Shown here piece after piece: positions 33,201-37,986 of a stretch of 37,986 nucleotides of DNA (position 1 is its first letter; every line of letters begins with the position of its first letter). The notes beneath the pieces were generated by a model that had not been told where the DNA came from, ran no database searches, and saw only the letters and a list, made by a program, of their open reading frames with translations. This DNA comes from Rhizaria sp. SCN 62-66 (lineage: Eukaryota). The stretch lies in NCBI GenBank assembly GCA_001724265.1, contig MEDY01000301.1:1-37986 (forward strand), written 5' to 3'. Both the position numbers and the translations under genes were made by a program.

Positions 33201-35381
33201 TTGCCGTAGCACTGCGGCGTCGCTGGCGCACCCTTCGTACCCCTACTCCCAGCAGATCCTGCCGCGCGTTTCACTGACGGTCATCGAACCCGAGCCGGAG
33301 TACGAGCCCTCGTACTCGCCCGTCGGCGCCGTCGGTAGCAACGGCAGCAATAGCGTTAGCATCGACACGGCCAGCGTTGGCGACACCCCTCTGCAGCAGC
33401 AGCAGCAACAGCAAGGGGGCGCTTTGAGTGGCCCTGGCGCCGCCGACGTCCCCCCGCCGCCGCCGCCGCCGTTGCGCCCGCACCGGCCTCGGCCGGCGTG
33501 CGGGATGCCGTCTAAGTACATCGGCGGCGGCCCCTTAGACCCGGTCAAGGTGTCGCGCTTCTTCTCCGAGCTGGAGCCACTGTACCTGCCTCTGGCGTAC
33601 CACAACCAGCGGCACGCTGTCGACGTGCTCCAGCTCGCACACCTGCTCTTCACGTCGCCCGCGCTCGCGCTTTACGGCCGGCCCGTCCAGCTCTCGCAGC
33701 AGCGCGTGCCGCTGCTCATCACGCAGGAGAACAACAACTACAGCAACAACAATAACAACAACACTAGCAACAACAACAGCGGCAACGGCACTGGGAACAA
33801 CGACAACAACACCGCGCACGGTAGCGCTCACCCCGGCGGCCACGGCGCCGGCGCTCTCGGCAGCCCATCCGCCGCGCCGGCGACCGTCTCCGGCCTCTAC
33901 GTCTCGGTCTCGCAGGACTCGCAGTGCGCCTTCACGCCGCGCGGCCTCCCGCCGCACTGCACATGTCCGCGCGACCCGGGCTCGGAGTACCGCTACGGCG
34001 ACTACAACGCCGCGCGCGACGCCGCCGCGCTGGCAGCGCGCGAGGAGCCCGTCACGCGCGCCGCCGCCGCCGCGGCCGCCGCCAGGGCCAGCGCGGACGG
34101 ACTGGCGCTCGTGACCGGCGAGGACGAGGCCGAGGCCTGCGCTGCTGTCGGCGGCGCCGGCCTCGGCGGCGCTGCGGGCGCGGAGCAGGGCTACTACTTC
34201 GGCTACAGCGACAGCTACGGCTACGCGTCCGGCGTGCGCGGCAGCGACGCGGCGGCGGCGCAGGCGGCCGGGCTGTCTGCGCACCTGCCCCGCCCCACCG
34301 CGGGCTGCGGGCACGGCGCCCTGTTCGGCGCCATGAGTGGTGGCAGCAATTGCGTTGACGGGAGCGATCTCTCGCCGCGCGCTCCGTGCCCGATCCACGA
34401 CCTCGTCCCGCACGGCGGCCACGCGCACCCCCACGGCCATGGGCACGGCTACGGCCACGGCCACGGGCACGGCTCCGGCGGCCACAGCACCGGTAACGTT
34501 GCGACTGGCGGCGGCGCAAGTGTTGCGAGCGCCTCAAGCGTTGGCAGCGACTGCGGCGTCCCCGGGTACAACCTGTGGACGCCGCCGCCGCGGCACGTGT
34601 CGCCGTTCACCAAGGTGGAGCTGCTGGCGCTGATCATTGCGGCTGCGGGCCACGACGTGGGGCACCCGGGCACTAACAACTCGTTCCAGGTGCGCACGCA
34701 CTCGCCACTGGCGCTGATGTACTCGGACCAGAACGTGTTAGAGAGCGCGCACCTGGCGCTGCTCTTCGCGACCTTACGCCGCCCCGAGTGCGACTTCGTG
34801 CTCGCGCTCTCGGAGGGCGAGCGCCGCGCCATCCGTGAGCTCGTCATCGGGCTGGTGTTGGCGACCGACCTGGCCGACCACCGGCTGCACCTGCAGGCGC
34901 TCGACGCGCTGCTGACGGCGCCTGACGGCATTGACTTCACCTCGCCGCACCACCGGTTCCTGCTGCTCAAGCTCATCCTTAAGGCCGCCGACGTGGGCCA
35001 CCCGGTCCGGCCGCGGCCCGTGCACGTACAGTGGTCGCGCGTTATCGTCGACGAGTTCTTCGCCCAGGGCGACAAGGAGCGCGAACTGGGGCTGCCCATC
35101 GCGCCCAACATGGACCGCACGGCCTCCTCGGCCACCGCGCCCGACGGCCAGCTGGGCTTCATCTCGTTCCTGGTCAAGCCGCTGTTCGACATGCTGGCCG
35201 TGCCGCAGCTCAAGTCGAGCGCGCCCGGGTACGCCTCGGTCAAGCCGCCACTGCCGCCCGTGGGGCTGGTGTGCCTCACCGACGGCCGCGTGCTCGCGCC
35301 CATCAAGAAGCTCAAGGCCAGCAAGAGCGGCGGCGTAAGCGGCATCAGCGGCGTCAGCGACGTCAGCGGCGTCAGCGGCGT

Positions 35382-35420
<39 letters not shown>

Positions 35421-36300
35421 TAGCTCTGCGGCTGCTTCGAACACTGCCAACGTGGCCAACACTCCCAGCGGGAGCAACGACGCAGCTCCCGCCAGCGACG
35501 GCGGCGGCAGCGCCGCGGTCGCTGCCGCCGCGAAGCCCGCCGCGGCCCCGAGCAGCGGCGGGCTGTGGCGGCAGCTGGTGCAGCCCGCGTGGGACATCAA
35601 CCTTGAGTGCAATCTGCGCTACTGGCAGCGCGAGAAGCGGCTGCTGGAGGAGCGCAAGGCCGCCATCGAGGCGGCGGCGCGCGCGGCCGCGGCCGAGGCC
35701 GAGGCGATTGCGCGCGCGCACGCGTACGCGGACCACGCGGACGATGAGGAGACGGATCTCGACGGCGAAGACGAGGACGAGGACGGCTACGGCAGCAGCC
35801 GCGGGTACGACCACGAGTTCGGCAGCGAGTTTGACGGCGAATTCGACGGAGAGGGCGAGTTTGGCGAGGGCGACGGTGAGGACGAGTTTGACTACAGTGA
35901 CAGCCAAGACGAGGAGGATCGAGGTGAGCTCGATGTCGAGAATGACGAAGAAATCGACAAAGATGACGATAACGATGACGACGAGGCTGCTGCACTGAAC
36001 AAGGATAACGACGACGACGCAGTCCTCACCAAGAACAACGTGCAGCGCAGCGACGGAGCCCTCGACGTCGATGGCGGCGGCGACGGTAGTGAGGCCAGCG
36101 ACGCCAACAGCAGTGCTCATAACGACTACTCAGTGAGCGAAGGCGACGACTTGAAGCACTTCATCAACGCGAACGCGAGCCACAGCAGCCGTCGCCCGAG
36201 TGTGACTGCCGCTGCGACTGCCGCTGCAGCTGCAGCTGCGGCAGCGACCGCCGCCGCGGCTGCGGCCGCTGCCGGCAACAGAGGCCCGGGGGCGAGCTAG
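20764..36300 (+). CDS. Giant class I 3',5'-cyclic nucleotide phosphodiesterase, 5178 aa (5218 aa to the TAA at 36420 if TAG is decoded)
   Basis: YHNQRHAVDV (33598-33627), HDVGHPGTNN (34651-34680, PDEase I signature), ATDL, AADVGHP, EFFAQGDKERELGLP, QLGFI, NLRYW. Hydrophobic N-terminus and acidic tail. 15.5-kb stop-free frame from GCCATG. Confidence 0.93.
25528..25587 (+). repeat. (GCGCAG)10 coding hexanucleotide repeat, poly-(Ala-Gln)
   Basis: Directly visible; the last unit is GCACAG. Confidence 0.9.
27247..27294 (+). repeat. (GGC)16 coding microsatellite, poly-Gly
   Basis: Directly visible perfect run. Confidence 0.9.
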
Positions 36301-36420
36301 TCGGTGGTGATGGTGTACACGCGCAGTCGCAGAAACAGCAGGGCCAACGACAGCCGGAGCAACAGCCGCAACCGGAGTTGCAGTGACAGTGAGAAGGAAA
36401 GAGACGCCATGTCTCAGTAA

Positions 36421-37800
36421 AGACATCTGTTCCAAGTCAAATTCGCGGTCACACTCTGCGTCATGTTAATTTCTTTTTGTTTCGGAGTGCGTTTTATAAT
36501 TTGTGTTGTTTTGCCATTGGTTTTGTTTTCTTTGAGATTTTTATCAATGTGTGTTTAGTCGCATGGTTTTTGTTTCTGTCAGTTGCAGAGGACAATCCTT
36601 GATAACACGACTTTATTATCCATCCACGAACAAGAATAATCGAAGCAAATCAATTACGTACGAACAAACGAGCGCTTACAGCTGCATGCAGACATATGCA
36701 ATTGCAGTTTATGGTGCCATCTTACCTCGGCATTTTTTGGACCACACGTGAAAACCCAACGATATTACAGCGGTGACAACAAGAACACAACGACTACGTG
36801 TCTGTTTTTGATTTAGTTGTTTGCTTACTGCTGGATGCAGTTTGTTGTTTGTTTCTTTCTGTGTGGTGTAACAGTTGTTTCTTTCATATTTTTTTTCTTT
36901 CTTTTTCTGTGTCGTGTCAGGATAGCTTGTGTTAGTTTGGTCACACGCATTAATAATAACACAGTTGCTTCAGCTACTTGAACCATGAAATGTAACGGGG
37001 TCTTTTGAGACCGGTCACATGGGGCTTTCGTTTTATTTCATTCGTGATCCTGCACGCTCTCAAAAGTTTGCTATTACTGTGTATAGTTTGCTTGACTGAC
37101 TTCAGTTTTGTTCGAAGTCGAAGTCATGTTGCTCAGTTCTCTCAGTTTGTGATGTTTCGCATCGTTGCGACAATGGATCCACACTGGGTTGTGTGCCCGT
37201 CCTGCGACCTGAGCAACTTCGCCGCAAGTCTAGGTTTTCTTCTCTTTGTTGAGATTTTTTTTCTTATAATTCTATTCTTTTATTTTTCTGATCCTGTTCA
37301 CCCTTTATCCCTTTTTGTTTTCATTGCCATTGCATATTCTACTTTTCGCCAGTAGCGACTATTTCTGCTACTTTCGAAACGATCCTACATAAGACATGAA
37401 TGAACGTTTCTTCAACACACCGTCAGCTACCGTATGCTTACAACCACAGTCACGCTGCTTGTTAAGCTGAGTTGATTAGATGCGATTTTTTTTCTTTCTT
37501 TTGTTGGATCATTCCATTCCCTCCTTTAGGACTGCCCTCCTTTTAATTTGCGACGGAGCGGAGTCTCCTGCCTCCAACGTCACCCTTCACTTGTTTCCTT
37601 TTGAAGCAATCTTTTTCATACTTTTACGATTTTGAATTCAAATTATACCCGTGCTTTATTTCTTAATTTTATCCGTTCTTGACAATGGGCTGCCTTAATT
37701 GTTTGCTTTGTCATGTCTTACTTGCGGCTGTTGTTCTGCTGTTATAATTGCTGTTGTTGCTGGTGACGTTGTTGCTGTTCAGTTTAAGCTTTCATTTGTT
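36421..37800 (+). other. T-rich non-coding region, probable long 3' UTR / intergenic DNA downstream of the PDE
   Basis: Strong T skew like the region downstream of PP1. Only short Phe/Leu-rich spurious ORFs. Confidence 0.55.
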
Positions 37801-37986
37801 ACCCGTTTATTTAGCACCGGGCAGAGAGCGCTGTCGTGAGTGAAGTAAGCTATTGACAATAATGAGAGCACAACACATGTACGTACAGTAACCCCTATGT
37901 AGCGTCAACTAAAAAACGCCAAAAACGCAGTTTTCGGCAGGTAACTTCCACAATAGAAATCTCTGTGAAATAATCGTCAAAGCTTA

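Noticed and set aside
1-37986. CRISPR arrays, tRNA/rRNA genes, transposases
   Set aside because: The repeats lack unique spacers and are in-frame coding microsatellites. No cloverleaf, rRNA or transposase motifs were seen by eye.

Overview
Eukaryotic (protist-like) nuclear DNA: very GC-rich, almost intron-free genes separated by AT/T-rich spacers. Six protein genes are supported. (1) An orphan 346-aa gene (-). (2) A rhodanese-like plus class I SAM methyltransferase fusion (-). (3) A divergent protein phosphatase 1 catalytic subunit (+). (4) A ~2380-aa Ala/Ser/Gln-rich protein carrying what looks like a stand-alone dynein stalk/microtubule-binding domain (+). (5) A SMYD-like SET-domain gene with one 115-nt GT-AG intron (-). 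(6) A >5100-aa N-terminally anchored class I cyclic-nucleotide phosphodiesterase (+). Four of the six proteins are inflated by microsatellite-derived low-complexity inserts that split their conserved domains. The most striking signal concerns TAG. Both in-frame TAG 'stops' (17219-17221 in the SET gene, 36298-36300 in the PDE) are followed by more in-frame coding-like sequence ending in TAA, while all unambiguous gene ends use TAA or TGA. This suggests UAG is a sense codon or is read through in this organism. With only two instances, it remains a hypothesis. No RNA genes, CRISPR arrays or transposons could be recognised. All domain calls are by-eye motif recognition, not database results.
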